DNA of 64,000 nucleotides from an uncultured Clostridia bacterium (GTDB lineage Bacteria; Bacillota; Clostridia; Christensenellales; UBA3700), in NCBI GenBank assembly GCA_947177795.1, contig CAMWVR010000001.1, positions 6,101 through 70,100 on the forward strand. Reading direction: 5' to 3'. The notes beneath the pieces were generated by a model, which did not search any database, was not told the origin of the DNA, and was given only the letters and a program-made list of their open reading frames with translations. This document shows, one piece after another, positions 47,908-58,262 of the stretch. The stretch's first letter is position 1; each line of letters starts with the position of its first letter. Both the position numbers and the translations under genes were made by a program.

Positions 47908-49182
47908 TTAATTCTTCAGCGCGGTGATTGGAACAACGTAAACTCCGTCTTCACGCATATAGGCGGCGTTTGACATACCGCATATTACGCACAGCGCCGA
48001 AGGCGCAATGCCGCCTTTGCTTTTGATATCGTTGCTCAACGCCAATAGATTTTTTGCCGCATTGTCTATCTGCTTTGCGCCGAGTTTTATTTCAAATGCG
48101 CACCACCTGCCGTCTTGAAGTTCTATTACCGCATCTATTTCTCTATTCTTGTAATCTTGATAATGATATAAATTTGCGTCAAACGACTCCGCATATATTC
48201 TCAAGTCTCTTTCGCAAAGACTCTCAAACATGAATCCAAACGTCTCCAAGTCTCCCATCAATCTTTCGGGATTGGCTTTCAATATTGCGCATGCCAAAGA
48301 CGGATCGCAAAAATGTCGCTTTTCACTTTGCTTTACTCTTACCGAAGAACGGATGTTAGTCGAAAAAGGTTGTTGATTGTCCAACAAAAACAATCTGTTG
48401 AATACGTCTATATATCTGACGAGAGTATCTGCGTCAATGCTTTCGCCGTCATATTCTTTTATGTCGCCGATTATACTGTTGTTGCTGGCTGTGGTACTTT
48501 CGTTGCGCGCAAGCGAACGCAACAACAACTTCATTTTGTGTACGTCGTACTTGATATCGTCGATTCTGCTTGCGTCATCGTCAAGGATTGCATTGATATA
48601 CGACTCCGCCAAATACTGCGCATCTTCCGCCTTGACGTCTAAATTGCCCGGCCAACCGCCTCTGACTATGCAGTTTGCTAAGGATTTTAACTCGACTTCG
48701 CCTGTCAGCGCCGTGACGAATTTTCCGTCGCATATATCTTTTAAAGATATTTTTCCGCTCGAATCTCCCGACTCAAATAATGACATCGTGCGCATGCGAA
48801 GCTTACCTATACGCCCCGCTCCGCTGTGCAGTACGCCTTTTCTATTCGGCGTCGACGAACCTGTCAAAATAAACTGTCCCTTTTCTGCCCGTTGATCTAC
48901 GGTGTATCTCACCGCATCCCACAACGGCGGCACTTCTTGCCACTCGTCTAATAATCTCGGCGTCGCTCCCTCTAATACCGTCGACGGCGAAAGTTCTGCA
49001 ATTTGTCTGTTTTGAAAATTGTTGGAGGGGTCGCCTATCATAATCTCGCTTTTGCTATGAAATGACGACGTGCGCGTTTTTCCGCACCACTTCGGTCCCT
49101 CAATGCATATCGCACCAAACATGTTTAAGTATTTCTCTACCTTATCGTCAATTATCCTTGCTTTGTAATCGCCCTTTTTCAC
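47908..49182 (-). CDS. AAA-family ATPase with DUF4143-like C-terminal domain
   Basis: Walker A GPKWCGKT near the N-terminus. 424 aa, with the architecture typical of the AAA_14/DUF4143 family. Confidence 0.7.
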   Translation of the reverse strand: MKKGDYKARIIDDKVEKYLNMFGAICIEGPKWCGKTRTSSFHSKSEIMIGDPSNNFQNRQIAELSPSTVLEGATPRLLDEWQEVPPLWDAVRYTVDQRAEKGQFILTGSSTPNRKGVLHSGAGRIGKLRMRTMSLFESGDSSGKISLKDICDGKFVTALTGEVELKSLANCIVRGGWPGNLDVKAEDAQYLAESYINAILDDDASRIDDIKYDVHKMKLLLRSLARNESTTASNNSIIGDIKEYDGESIDADTLVRYIDVFNRLFLLDNQQPFSTNIRSSVRVKQSEKRHFCDPSLACAILKANPERLMGDLETFGFMFESLCERDLRIYAESFDANLYHYQDYKNREIDAVIELQDGRWCAFEIKLGAKQIDNAAKNLLALSNDIKSKGGIAPSALCVICGMSNAAYMREDGVYVVPITALKN

Positions 49183-49342
49183 AATGACCCGCTCCTTTTG
49201 ACCTTTTTATATATTATATATCCTTTTTTTTGTTTTGGCAATACTATTCGGTCAAATTTTCAATTTTCATTCGGTCATTTTTTTTAATTTCTATTCGGTC
49301 AAATTTTCAATTTTCATTCGGTCATTTTTTAGACTGCTTTTA

Positions 49343-49891
49343 TTAATACTTGGTCAGCTTGCCCTCTTCGCTCAATCCCTTATATCCGTGCTGACGGTGA
49401 TACTCGTAGATTATGATTGCCACGCTGTTGGCAAGATTGAGCGAGCGAGCCTCCGCGCGCATGGGAATGCGAATGCAATCGGCGTAGTTTTCATGAAGAA
49501 GTTCTTCGTCAAGCCCCTTGGTCTCTCTGCCGAAAAATACCCAGCACTCCTCGTCGTACTTCACGTCGGTGTGGTTGTGGTCGGACTTGGTGGAAGCAAA
49601 GAAGAACTGCTTGCCCGAATTGATCTTGGTATTCTTGACCGCCAAAGCTACGCTGTCGCAAACGTCAGCCTTGCCGCCGAAGTTCGCCGACAAGAACGCC
49701 TGCATATTCTCGTATCTGTTGACGTCGGATATCTCCCAATAGTCAAGCCCGCTGCGCTTGAGATATTTGTCTTCCCAACTGAATCCGCAGGGCTCGATTA
49801 TATGTAACTTTGCGCCCGTCACTGCGCAGGTGCGGACTATGTTGCCCGTGTTGTTGGGGATTTCGGGGTTTACTAGTACTACGTTTATCAT
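49343..49891 (-). CDS. trmL: SpoU-family tRNA (cytidine/uridine-2'-O-)-methyltransferase TrmL
   Basis: MINVVLVNPEIPNNTGNIVRTCAVTGAKLHIIEP...LNLANSVAI. GGAG RBS precedes 49891. The upstream 37 codons of the track ORF translate repeat cluster G. Confidence 0.85.
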   Translation of the reverse strand: MINVVLVNPEIPNNTGNIVRTCAVTGAKLHIIEPCGFSWEDKYLKRSGLDYWEISDVNRYENMQAFLSANFGGKADVCDSVALAVKNTKINSGKQFFFASTKSDHNHTDVKYDEECWVFFGRETKGLDEELLHENYADCIRIPMRAEARSLNLANSVAIIIYEYHRQHGYKGLSEEGKLTKY

Positions 49892-49960
49892 ATTTACTCC
49901 ATTAAGACAGCGTATATCGACGCGCCTTCCGCTTGATCTGATTTGTATTATAATCAATGT

Positions 49961-50155
49961 TTGAGATTTCTCCGCTCCACTTCGTTGCGGTCGAAATGAC
50001 ATTATTGATATCCGTCACTTCTTCACTATTCCCTATTACTTATTACCTAATTTTCTCGTCACCTCGACCGAAGCGGAGAGGTCTCTATCCGTTTAAGTTA
50101 ATCTGTTGAGACTTCTCGACTTCGCTCGAAGTGACATTGAATTAGACTATGACAC
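49961..50155. repeat. intergenic repeat cluster G
   Basis: R unit, spacer, F unit (GTCACCTCGACCGAAGCGGAGAGGTCTCTATCC), then the palindromic R-variant GAGACTTCTCGACTTCGCTCGAAGTGAC. Confidence 0.85.
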
Positions 50156-50160
50156 TTGCG

Positions 50161-50287
50161 CGACTGCGGAGAGTGGTGCGATTTTCGCTTTAGCAAGGGC
50201 GAGCGGTATCGTCAAGTGTACTTGCCGTACACGTCGATACCCCGAGTCCCGATGATCAAGCGGAAGGCGCGCCGCTATACGCAGTCG
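50161..50287. ncRNA. structured ~125-nt repeat element, copy 2
   Basis: 50165-50279 is nearly identical to 27404-27518. The closing stem is CGACTGCG/CGCAGTCG (50161-50168 / 50280-50287). It ends 1 nt before the dus stop codon. Confidence 0.5.
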
Positions 50288-50288
50288 G

Positions 50289-51212
50289 TCACTCAAAATA
50301 ATTATCTATCACTCGCCTTATATCATCTATCGTCCGACAGGCGTACGCATCGAGTTTGATTTGCCGCTGTCCTCTCATACCTCTGCAATAATACGCAAGG
50401 TGTTTTTTAAAATTGCACGCCACGAAATTTTGATGATGAAACTCCAGCATCGTCTCGAGGTGCGTCAATATGTCTTGCTTGAGCGAGTAATTGGGCAAAT
50501 CTACGTCTTTCAAGTCGCTGAAAAGCTTGGGATTGCCCAATGCGCCTCTTGCAATCATTGCGCCGTCGCAACCCGTCGTCTCCATTGCCTCGACGTAACT
50601 TGCTTTGTCCGTGATATCGCCGTTGACGAATACGGGTATGTCCACAGTCTTTTTGACTTTGGCTATCTCGTGCCAATTGGCTTTGCCTGCGTACATCTGC
50701 TCTCTCGTGCGACCGTGCACCGTGATTGCGCTTGCGCCTGCGTCCTGCATAGCTTTGCCGAAGTCTACGGCAATTATTCTGTCGTCGCTCACACCTATGC
50801 GATACTTGACCGTCACGGGCTTGCCTGCCACTCTCGCCGCCTTGACTATCTCTTGCGCCAAGGGGATATTTTCAAGCAATGCGCTGCCCTCGCCGTTCTT
50901 GACGATCTTGGGCACGGGACAACCCATATTGATATCTATTACGTCGAATTTCTCCAGCGCCTTGTGCTCAACCGCCTTGGATATATAATACGGCTCGCTG
51001 CCGAATATCTGAACGCACTTGACCTTTTCGCTGTCGGTGGTACGCAAGAGGTCTTCAGTCTTCTCACTGCCGTATACCAAGCCTTTTGCGCTGACCATCT
51101 CGGTATAAGTCATATCCGCTCCCCGCATTGCGCTGACCTTGCGCGCGCCTACGTCGCTATACCCTGCGATAGGCGCAAAGACTACGCCTTTGAACTCAAC
51201 TCTTTGCGACAA
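50289..51212 (-). CDS. dus: tRNA-dihydrouridine synthase
   Basis: FAPIAGYSDVGARK and INMGCPVPKIVKNGEGSALL Dus motifs. I prefer the TTG start at 51212, 9 nt after GGGAGG. The track ORF starts at ATG 51248. Confidence 0.85.
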   Translation of the reverse strand: MSQRVEFKGVVFAPIAGYSDVGARKVSAMRGADMTYTEMVSAKGLVYGSEKTEDLLRTTDSEKVKCVQIFGSEPYYISKAVEHKALEKFDVIDINMGCPVPKIVKNGEGSALLENIPLAQEIVKAARVAGKPVTVKYRIGVSDDRIIAVDFGKAMQDAGASAITVHGRTREQMYAGKANWHEIAKVKKTVDIPVFVNGDITDKASYVEAMETTGCDGAMIARGALGNPKLFSDLKDVDLPNYSLKQDILTHLETMLEFHHQNFVACNFKKHLAYYCRGMRGQRQIKLDAYACRTIDDIRRVIDNYFE

Positions 51213-52575
51213 TTTTTGCTTCCTCCCAAAGTTTGTTGAGTTCGTCAAGGCTCATGCTCTGCATATCTCCGCCGCACTTGTCCTCGACGTATTTAAATCT
51301 CTTGACGAACTTATCTATGGCTCTCGACAGCGCAATTTCCGGCTCGACGTTTTTCCACCTCAAAGCGTTGACTGCGGCAAGGAGAATATCTCCGCCCTCG
51401 TCTTCCGACTCGTCTGCCGTCTTTGCCTTGCAAAACTCGTCTACCTCTTCTCTTATCTTGCCCACGACTTGCTCGAAGTCGTCGAATTCAAAGCCCACTT
51501 TGCTCACAGCTTTTTGCACCTTGTACGCTCTCATGAGCGCAGGCAAAGCCCCTGCGATCTTGTCTATCTTGTCGCTTGCGGAAGCGTAACGCTTCTCCTT
51601 GGCTTTGGCGTTGTCCCACGCCTTGAGCGCCTCTTCGGGAGTGTTGGCGACGACGTCGCCGAATATGTGCGTGTGTCTGTCAATAAGCTTTCTGCATATT
51701 CCGCTGAGGCAGTCTTCGAGACTGAACTCGCCGCAGTCCTCGGCTATCACGCAATGGAAGATACTCTGCAAAAACAAGTCTCCGCTCTCTTCGATGATAT
51801 TGTCAATATCGTCGTTGTTTATCGCCTCGACGAGCTCGTAAGCCTCTTCTACGGCGTTTTGTCTAATGCTCTCGTGAGTCTGGACTTTGTCCCACTGACA
51901 GCCGTTTTCCCCGCGCAGTATTCGCATAATCTGATATAGGTCCGCGAAGTTGAATCTGCTCTTGTCGACGAGATTTTTCGGCGGGACGTAAAGCGTCGTC
52001 GCATAATCGTAATTCCCCTGTCTGTCAAGCTCGTAGATTGCTATCTGCTTGCCGTTGAAATACGCCGCCTCCTCGTCGCCGAGGATATTTTGCAAAATCA
52101 GTTTGACCTCGCCCGCAATAAATGAGTTGTCGATATCGCTGATACAAAGCGACGTTCTCGTGTCGTAATTGAAGCCTTTCATGCCGACGAGTTCGTATGC
52201 GCTGATCAACAAGTTGGCTACGCTCGGCTTGCCGCCCGATATGCCAAACGACGCCGACGGCATTATCTCGATTTCGCTTTTCTGCGCAAGCAAAGCCACG
52301 GACCTGTCTTCGTATCCGCTGCCGTTTACGCAATAGACTATATCGCCCTGCTGCGACAAAAGATAGTCTGCAATCTCGCTGTCAAGCTCGTCAAAGTTTT
52401 GGGATTTTTCATAGATAAAATCAAGGGTCTCGCAAGCTATGCCCTCGTCTTTAAAATAATCGTATGTATCCGTGAGCGCAGTCTTGACAAAGACCTTTTT
52501 TGCTTTGTCTATCGCCTCCGCTCCCGCAATCGTCAACTGCCCTTTTTTGCACCCCAACGCAACTACTTTGATCAT
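51196..52575 (-). CDS. mazG: YabN-like fusion: tetrapyrrole-methylase-like domain plus MazG NTP pyrophosphohydrolase
   Basis: 459 aa. The C-terminal half has MazG repeats (EEAYELVEAI... / EEVDEF...GDILL). It sits in spoVT-yabM-yabN synteny. Confidence 0.8.
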   Translation of the reverse strand: MIKVVALGCKKGQLTIAGAEAIDKAKKVFVKTALTDTYDYFKDEGIACETLDFIYEKSQNFDELDSEIADYLLSQQGDIVYCVNGSGYEDRSVALLAQKSEIEIMPSASFGISGGKPSVANLLISAYELVGMKGFNYDTRTSLCISDIDNSFIAGEVKLILQNILGDEEAAYFNGKQIAIYELDRQGNYDYATTLYVPPKNLVDKSRFNFADLYQIMRILRGENGCQWDKVQTHESIRQNAVEEAYELVEAINNDDIDNIIEESGDLFLQSIFHCVIAEDCGEFSLEDCLSGICRKLIDRHTHIFGDVVANTPEEALKAWDNAKAKEKRYASASDKIDKIAGALPALMRAYKVQKAVSKVGFEFDDFEQVVGKIREEVDEFCKAKTADESEDEGGDILLAAVNALRWKNVEPEIALSRAIDKFVKRFKYVEDKCGGDMQSMSLDELNKLWEEAKIVAKS

Positions 52576-52621
52576 GATTCGCTCCTTTTCTCAAGACGGC
52601 TCATCAAGTTGATATCACGCA

Positions 52622-54181
52622 TCACAAGCTCTTGTAATATCCCGTCTTTGTCAACAACTTCGTGAGTTTGTTGCCCAGCGGAAGCATTTGCATTTCTTTT
52701 TGCTCCACCGCCCTCATCACAAGCAACGATACGATATACGCCGCCGCTCCTGCAAAAACCGCATAGACAAGCGACCATATATTGTTGCGTATGAATACGC
52801 TCGGCAACATTGCTATTGACATTATAGCACCCGACAGCGATATTTTACTAATACTTTTGAAGAGTTTTGCATTTTTGCCTACGAGTTTGTTGTAGTATAC
52901 GCCGTTGAGAACGAACGCCGTCAGATAAAAGAGAATTGAGGATACGCCACTCGCCGCAATTCCCCACCTCGGCACAAACAAAAGCTCGACGAGAATCTTC
53001 AACGCTCCGCCTACCGCTATGTTGACCAGCACGGGTCGAAGTCTGCCCAACCCCTGCAATATCGCATCCAATGCCTCCAGCATCGACAACAACAGCACGT
53101 TGATCGCCGTCAGCGAAAGTAGATATGCCGTCAGATCTCTGTGCGACTGACTGAGCGAGGGATATAATATCCCCACGATCTGCCTCGACGTGATTGCTCC
53201 GCCCAAAAAGAACGGCATGGCTATCATCATGCACATCTTGAGCGTCGTAGCCGTCTTTTGCTTGACGGATATCACGTCGTAGCCCGCCATTGCGCTCGCC
53301 ACCGCAGGCACGATCGCCACGGATATCGACATTGCAAGCACGATTGGCATGTTTATCACGGACGCAACAGGCCCCGTGAGTATACCGTATTGACTTACGG
53401 CGTCGCTTGCGCCGCCTTTGATGAGCAGGTTGACGACCATTACGCTGTCGATAAAGGCTATCAGCGGAAAGATAAGACCGCTTGCCGTGATAGGCAAAAA
53501 GGTCGGGAAAAATCTATACTCCGTCGTCAGCGGCGGCAACCGTCTCTCGGTCTTTGCCGATACCGCATACCATATGAAGACCGTCAGGAGCGATACGAAT
53601 TCGCTGACGCTCACTGCGACCAATGCGCCTGCGACGGCTTGCAATATACCCCTCGGCATCAAAAGATAGGCAAAGACTAATCCGAGCGCAAACTTGACGA
53701 ATACCTCGACGATTTGGCTCACGCCCGACGGGGTGGTGTTGCCGTGTCCCAAGAACCAGCCTTTGAATACGCCCGCCAAGGCTACGAAGATTATCGCAGG
53801 AGCTATGGCGATATAACAGATATACACGCCCGACTGCGACTGCGCTCTTGCCATGACTCCGGAGAGCAACGCCGTGACCGTTGCTCCCACTGCTCCCGCA
53901 AAGACGGCGTACAACGCCGCCTTTCTGACGATAGCGCGCACCGCTCCGCCCCTGTCTCTCGACAGCTCCGCCGATATCTGCCTGGACAGCGTAAGCGGTA
54001 TCGCATTGCTGGTAATGGCAAGCAACAGCGCAAAGAATGGGAATACCAATTGATAATACCCTATTCCCTCTGCGCCCATAACGTAAGTGAGCGCTATGCG
54101 GTAAGCTCCGCCGAGCAACTTCGCCGCTATCGAGCATACCGCAAGCAATATTGCGCCTTGCGCTATCGTCCGTCTCTTCAT
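52622..54181 (-). CDS. MOP-superfamily flippase (YabM / SpoVB / MurJ-like)
   Basis: 519-aa polytopic membrane protein directly downstream of spoVT, as in Bacillus yabM. Confidence 0.8.
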   Translation of the reverse strand: MKRRTIAQGAILLAVCSIAAKLLGGAYRIALTYVMGAEGIGYYQLVFPFFALLLAITSNAIPLTLSRQISAELSRDRGGAVRAIVRKAALYAVFAGAVGATVTALLSGVMARAQSQSGVYICYIAIAPAIIFVALAGVFKGWFLGHGNTTPSGVSQIVEVFVKFALGLVFAYLLMPRGILQAVAGALVAVSVSEFVSLLTVFIWYAVSAKTERRLPPLTTEYRFFPTFLPITASGLIFPLIAFIDSVMVVNLLIKGGASDAVSQYGILTGPVASVINMPIVLAMSISVAIVPAVASAMAGYDVISVKQKTATTLKMCMMIAMPFFLGGAITSRQIVGILYPSLSQSHRDLTAYLLSLTAINVLLLSMLEALDAILQGLGRLRPVLVNIAVGGALKILVELLFVPRWGIAASGVSSILFYLTAFVLNGVYYNKLVGKNAKLFKSISKISLSGAIMSIAMLPSVFIRNNIWSLVYAVFAGAAAYIVSLLVMRAVEQKEMQMLPLGNKLTKLLTKTGYYKSL

Positions 54182-54182
54182 C

Positions 54183-54707
54183 TTAGCCGATATTATAAGT
54201 CAGATATCCTGCCATTGCGTCGCAAAGAGCCATGTCTACTGCGCCGAGCTTTTCTGCCGAAAGAATGATTCCGCCGTATAAATCGCCGCTGCTGATGAGC
54301 GGCACGATATACTGCTCGCCGCTTCTCGTGACTTGCATGTCGTCGACGAGTCGCACGCTTTTGTCCTTGATGAGCCTTGACCTTCTGTCGTCAAGCACGC
54401 CGTAAAGCTCGTCGCTGATGTCTTCGCCCTGCAAGCCCTCTTTGCCGCCTACATGCGCCAAAATGCTGCTCGTGTCGCAGATTGCGACTTCCTTGCCCGT
54501 GTTCTTGTAAAGCACCTTGCTGATTGCGTCAAGCTGCTCGGGCGTGGCGCCCACTTCGTTGTATTTCTTGAATACCAATTCACCGCTTTCGTTGGTAAAG
54601 ATCTCAAGCAATTCTCCCTCTTTGAGTTTGAGTACCTTTCTCAATTCTTTGGGGATGACGACTCTTCCCAATTCGTCGATTCTTCTTACTATACCTGTCT
54701 CTTTCAT
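54183..54707 (-). CDS. spoVT: stage V sporulation protein T (AbrB-family regulator)
   Basis: MKETGIVRRIDELGRVVIPKELRKVLKLKEGE is the SpoVT/AbrB swapped-hairpin N-terminus, with a GAF-like C-terminus. GGAGG RBS precedes 54707. Confidence 0.9.
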   Translation of the reverse strand: MKETGIVRRIDELGRVVIPKELRKVLKLKEGELLEIFTNESGELVFKKYNEVGATPEQLDAISKVLYKNTGKEVAICDTSSILAHVGGKEGLQGEDISDELYGVLDDRRSRLIKDKSVRLVDDMQVTRSGEQYIVPLISSGDLYGGIILSAEKLGAVDMALCDAMAGYLTYNIG

Positions 54708-54798
54708 ATTGACCTCCGAGCATAGTATAAGCAAAGCAAATCGTTTTATGTATCCGTCAAAAAGTTTTGTCAACGAGGTTTTTAAGCGCAATACGCGC

Positions 54799-54828
54799 AA
54801 AAAAAATGCGCCTTTTTGCAAAGACGCA
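54799..54828 (-). terminator. rho-independent terminator after the LRR protein gene
   Basis: The minus strand reads TGCGTC-tttgcaaaaa-GGCGCA followed by T8. Confidence 0.6.
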
Positions 54829-54852
54829 TTTAAAAGTTTATCACGTTTTTAC

Positions 54853-56520
54853 TTATTGCAAAGTGCCGCTATAAGTTCTTGCCTCGATTCCGTATTCGCC
54901 GAGCGTACGCATAAAGTCTTCCATACCTGCGGTGTTCTTGAGCAACAATACTTCGATCTCGGGATCGCCCTCGGTGGCCTTGCTGAAAGAATATTTAGTC
55001 AATTCCCACGGCACTGCGGAAGTGTAACAAGCCGCGATCTTGCTTCCGTAGAAGATATAATCGCCCACTTCTTTCATTGTCGTCGGAAGTTGGATATACT
55101 CAAAGTCTACGCCTGCAAAAGCGTAAGCCTTAATCGTGGTTATGCTTGTCAAGAAGTTGCCTTCTACGTCCAAAAATCTGAAAGTTCTGCCCATGGAATT
55201 CGTCGACGCCGAGTCGTAAGAGCCGTAGTATGCGTATACCGTCGAGCCGTCTGCGTTCGTGAGCAAACCTTGCTGATACGTTGAGGTGGTGTTGCCGTCT
55301 CTTCTGTTGTCTTCAAGTCTAGTGATGACGAAGTTCTCGTTCTCCTCGTCCACTTTCAATACGTGTCTGGAGTAAGTCGTGACGTTGACGTTGGTGCCTC
55401 TGCCCGTGTATATAGCAAATGCTCCGTCGCCGATAGTCTCCACGCTCTTGCCTATCACGAAGTCGTTGTTGTATAAGAGTCTGTAACAGCCCATAAAGGT
55501 CTTTGCGGGGATCTCCTTGATCTCGGTAGGCAAAGTCACGCTCGTCAACTGCGTACAGCCCTCGAATACGCCCTCGCCCATCGTCTCGATTTGAGCTTCT
55601 TCCGACATTACGAACTTGCTCAAAGAAGTGCATTCCGCAAATGCGCTCTCGCCTATGCTCTTGATAGACTTTGGCAAAGCGAAATACGAGAAGTTGGTCT
55701 TGACGCTCTTAAATGCGCTTGCGCCTATCGACACGAGGTTGGGGAAAGAAAGCTTGTTGGACTCGGTCGAGCTGAGCATGGTGTTGTAAAAAGCTCTCTC
55801 GCCGATATTCGTCACTTCGATATCCGCGTCGACTTCGAGATCGCTGAGTCTCGTGCATCCGTTGAAAGCGTAGCTTCCGATTATCTCCAAGTCCTTTGCC
55901 AAATGCGCCTCAACTATTGCGGTGCAACCGTCAAAAGCGTTTGCGCCTATCTCAAGCAAGGATTGCGGAAAATACATTGCGTCGCTCTTGATAGCGCCGT
56001 CTCCCTCGGTGGTATAATTTTCGCTGTTGTACATGAATTTCAACGACGTACAGCCCTTGAAAGCGTTTTCGCCTATCAAGGTCACGCTGTTGGGCATAAT
56101 CACGTTTTTGAGCGACGTACAGCCTCTGAATGCGCCGTCGGATATCTCCTTTAGATTTGCAGGCAAGACGACTTTTTCAAGAGCAGTCATGTCCTTGAAA
56201 GCCTCGCTCGCAAATGCAAAAGAAGTGTAAGTGCAGTTGAATTTGATAGACTTGATCGAACCCGCCAAATCCTTGAATGCGTCCTTTTCTATTCCGACGA
56301 CTCTGTTGCCTTTGACTTTGTCAGGCACCACAACGTCCGTGTCGCTCCCCTCGTATCCGACTATGGTTGCTCTCGAACCGTTGAGTTCGTATCTGAATCC
56401 GTTGGAATACTCGGACATCTGTCCGGTGTTGACCAAAAGTCCGATCACCGTGCCTAGCGACGCCAACGCAATTGCGAATACTGCAACCACAACGATTATT
56501 TGTCTTGTCTTGTTTGTCAT
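54853..56520 (-). CDS. BspA-type leucine-rich-repeat surface protein with N-terminal membrane anchor
   Basis: Anchor IIVVVAVFAIALASLGTVIGLLV, then repeated LRR_5 units (I..NAF.GCTSL..V..P). Confidence 0.8.
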   Translation of the reverse strand: MTNKTRQIIVVVAVFAIALASLGTVIGLLVNTGQMSEYSNGFRYELNGSRATIVGYEGSDTDVVVPDKVKGNRVVGIEKDAFKDLAGSIKSIKFNCTYTSFAFASEAFKDMTALEKVVLPANLKEISDGAFRGCTSLKNVIMPNSVTLIGENAFKGCTSLKFMYNSENYTTEGDGAIKSDAMYFPQSLLEIGANAFDGCTAIVEAHLAKDLEIIGSYAFNGCTRLSDLEVDADIEVTNIGERAFYNTMLSSTESNKLSFPNLVSIGASAFKSVKTNFSYFALPKSIKSIGESAFAECTSLSKFVMSEEAQIETMGEGVFEGCTQLTSVTLPTEIKEIPAKTFMGCYRLLYNNDFVIGKSVETIGDGAFAIYTGRGTNVNVTTYSRHVLKVDEENENFVITRLEDNRRDGNTTSTYQQGLLTNADGSTVYAYYGSYDSASTNSMGRTFRFLDVEGNFLTSITTIKAYAFAGVDFEYIQLPTTMKEVGDYIFYGSKIAACYTSAVPWELTKYSFSKATEGDPEIEVLLLKNTAGMEDFMRTLGEYGIEARTYSGTLQ

Positions 56521-56666
56521 ATTTACCTCATAACAAATTACTCTGTTTATAGCGAAGAATGGCGTATACTGATTATTCCCATATCTCCGTTTTTATATTA
56601 TAACATACCAAAAAGCAAATTACAATTATTTAAATATACTATATATTAGAAGAAAAGGCGAAAATA

Positions 56667-58262
56667 TTATCGGTCTTGGAACAATTTGCGTATGTATTTA
56701 AGAGCGATATTGACGCCGTCCACGCTTGCGGAAGTGATACCGCCTGCGTATCCCGCTCCCTCTCCGCACGGCATAAGCCCTTCGATAGAGCTGTCTCCCG
56801 CCTCGTTGCGGATCATTCTAATCGGACTTGAAGAACGGCTTTCCACGCCCGTCAAGAGAGCGTCGCCGTCGGCAAACCCCTTGAGTTTTCTGTCAAAGAC
56901 CTTTATTGCTTGCGCTATGCTGTCAGTGACGTAACCCGGAAGACACGCCCTCAGATCTGCCGTCTCGACTCCGATAGGATACGTCGGCAACACCTGCCCG
57001 AATCCCTTACTTGCTCTGCCTTTTGCAAAGTCCTCGTACCTTTGACAAGGCGCCTTATACGAGCCTGACAGCGAATAAGCAAGCCTTTCGTATTTGCGTT
57101 GGAACTCCACGCCTGCCAACGGATGCGACGAATTGAAATCCTGCGGCTGTACGCCCACTAGCAAAGCGCTGTTGGCGTTGACTCCGTCGCGGGCAAAATA
57201 ACTCATACCGTTGGTAACGACGGCGTTTTCCTCCGAAGTCGCAGGCATCACGTAACCGCCTGGACACATACAAAAGGTATAACACGATCTGCCGTTGTCA
57301 AGATGACAAGACAGCGAATAGCTTGCCGGCGGAAGCCCTTTTTGCTCGCCGTACTGCCCTACGTCTATCGCCTTTTGAAGATGTTCTATCCTCACGCCTA
57401 TGGAAAACGGCTTTTGTTCTATCATGATCTTTGACGCAAGCGTCTCGAAAGTATCCCTTGAGCTGTGACCTATCGCAAGTATGCAGCAGTCGCAATCCAC
57501 GCTCCAAAGACCTCTGTCCTTAGATTCTATCTCCAATGCAACGAGTTTTCCGCCTTTGGTCTTGACGTCGACGAGACGGCTGTCAAAAAATACTTCTCCG
57601 CCGAGCGAAAGTATCTCGTTGCGCATATTCTTGATGACGTCTCTCAACTTGTCCGTGCCTACGTGAGGTTTTGCGTCATAAAGTATCTGTTTAGGAGCTC
57701 CGAACTTGACGAATTCTCCAAAGACGACGCTTATCAGCGCCGACCCCGTACCCGTATTGAGCTTGCCGTCGGAAAAAGTGCCCGCTCCGCCTTCGCCGAA
57801 TTGCAAGTTGCTCTGCGTGTCGAGTACGCAAGTCTCGATAAAATCTCTCACGCTCTTTTCTCTCTCGTCGACGCTTTTGCCACGCTCTATAATTATGGGT
57901 CTAAGACCTGCCTTTGCGAGCGTCAAGCCTGCAAAAAGTCCTGCCGGTCCCAGACCGACGATCACGGGTCTTTTGGACGGCGTGGGGATATCTTTTGGCA
58001 GTACGCTTTCGATCTGCCTGGCGGGAGCGTCGTATTTCTTTGCGTTGGGGTGTCGTGAAATATAATGCTTTTCGCGATCCAGCTCTACCGCAACGCTGAG
58101 CGCGTATCTTATACGGCTCTTGTCTCTGCTGTCGATAGACTTCTTTATGAGTTCAAAGTCTTTTATATCTTTTGCATTTACGCCGAGAGTTTTGGCGACG
58201 GCAATTTTGACGTCGCTTTCGCAGTAACCTATGGGAAGTTTTATCTGATCGACTTTAATCAT
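56667..58262 (-). CDS. FAD-dependent oxidoreductase (COG2509-like)
   Basis: VIVGLGPAGLFAGLTLAKAGLRPIIIERG dinucleotide-binding motif. The start MIKVDQIKLP overlaps the upstream stop as ATGA. Confidence 0.8.
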   Translation of the reverse strand: MIKVDQIKLPIGYCESDVKIAVAKTLGVNAKDIKDFELIKKSIDSRDKSRIRYALSVAVELDREKHYISRHPNAKKYDAPARQIESVLPKDIPTPSKRPVIVGLGPAGLFAGLTLAKAGLRPIIIERGKSVDEREKSVRDFIETCVLDTQSNLQFGEGGAGTFSDGKLNTGTGSALISVVFGEFVKFGAPKQILYDAKPHVGTDKLRDVIKNMRNEILSLGGEVFFDSRLVDVKTKGGKLVALEIESKDRGLWSVDCDCCILAIGHSSRDTFETLASKIMIEQKPFSIGVRIEHLQKAIDVGQYGEQKGLPPASYSLSCHLDNGRSCYTFCMCPGGYVMPATSEENAVVTNGMSYFARDGVNANSALLVGVQPQDFNSSHPLAGVEFQRKYERLAYSLSGSYKAPCQRYEDFAKGRASKGFGQVLPTYPIGVETADLRACLPGYVTDSIAQAIKVFDRKLKGFADGDALLTGVESRSSSPIRMIRNEAGDSSIEGLMPCGEGAGYAGGITSASVDGVNIALKYIRKLFQDR

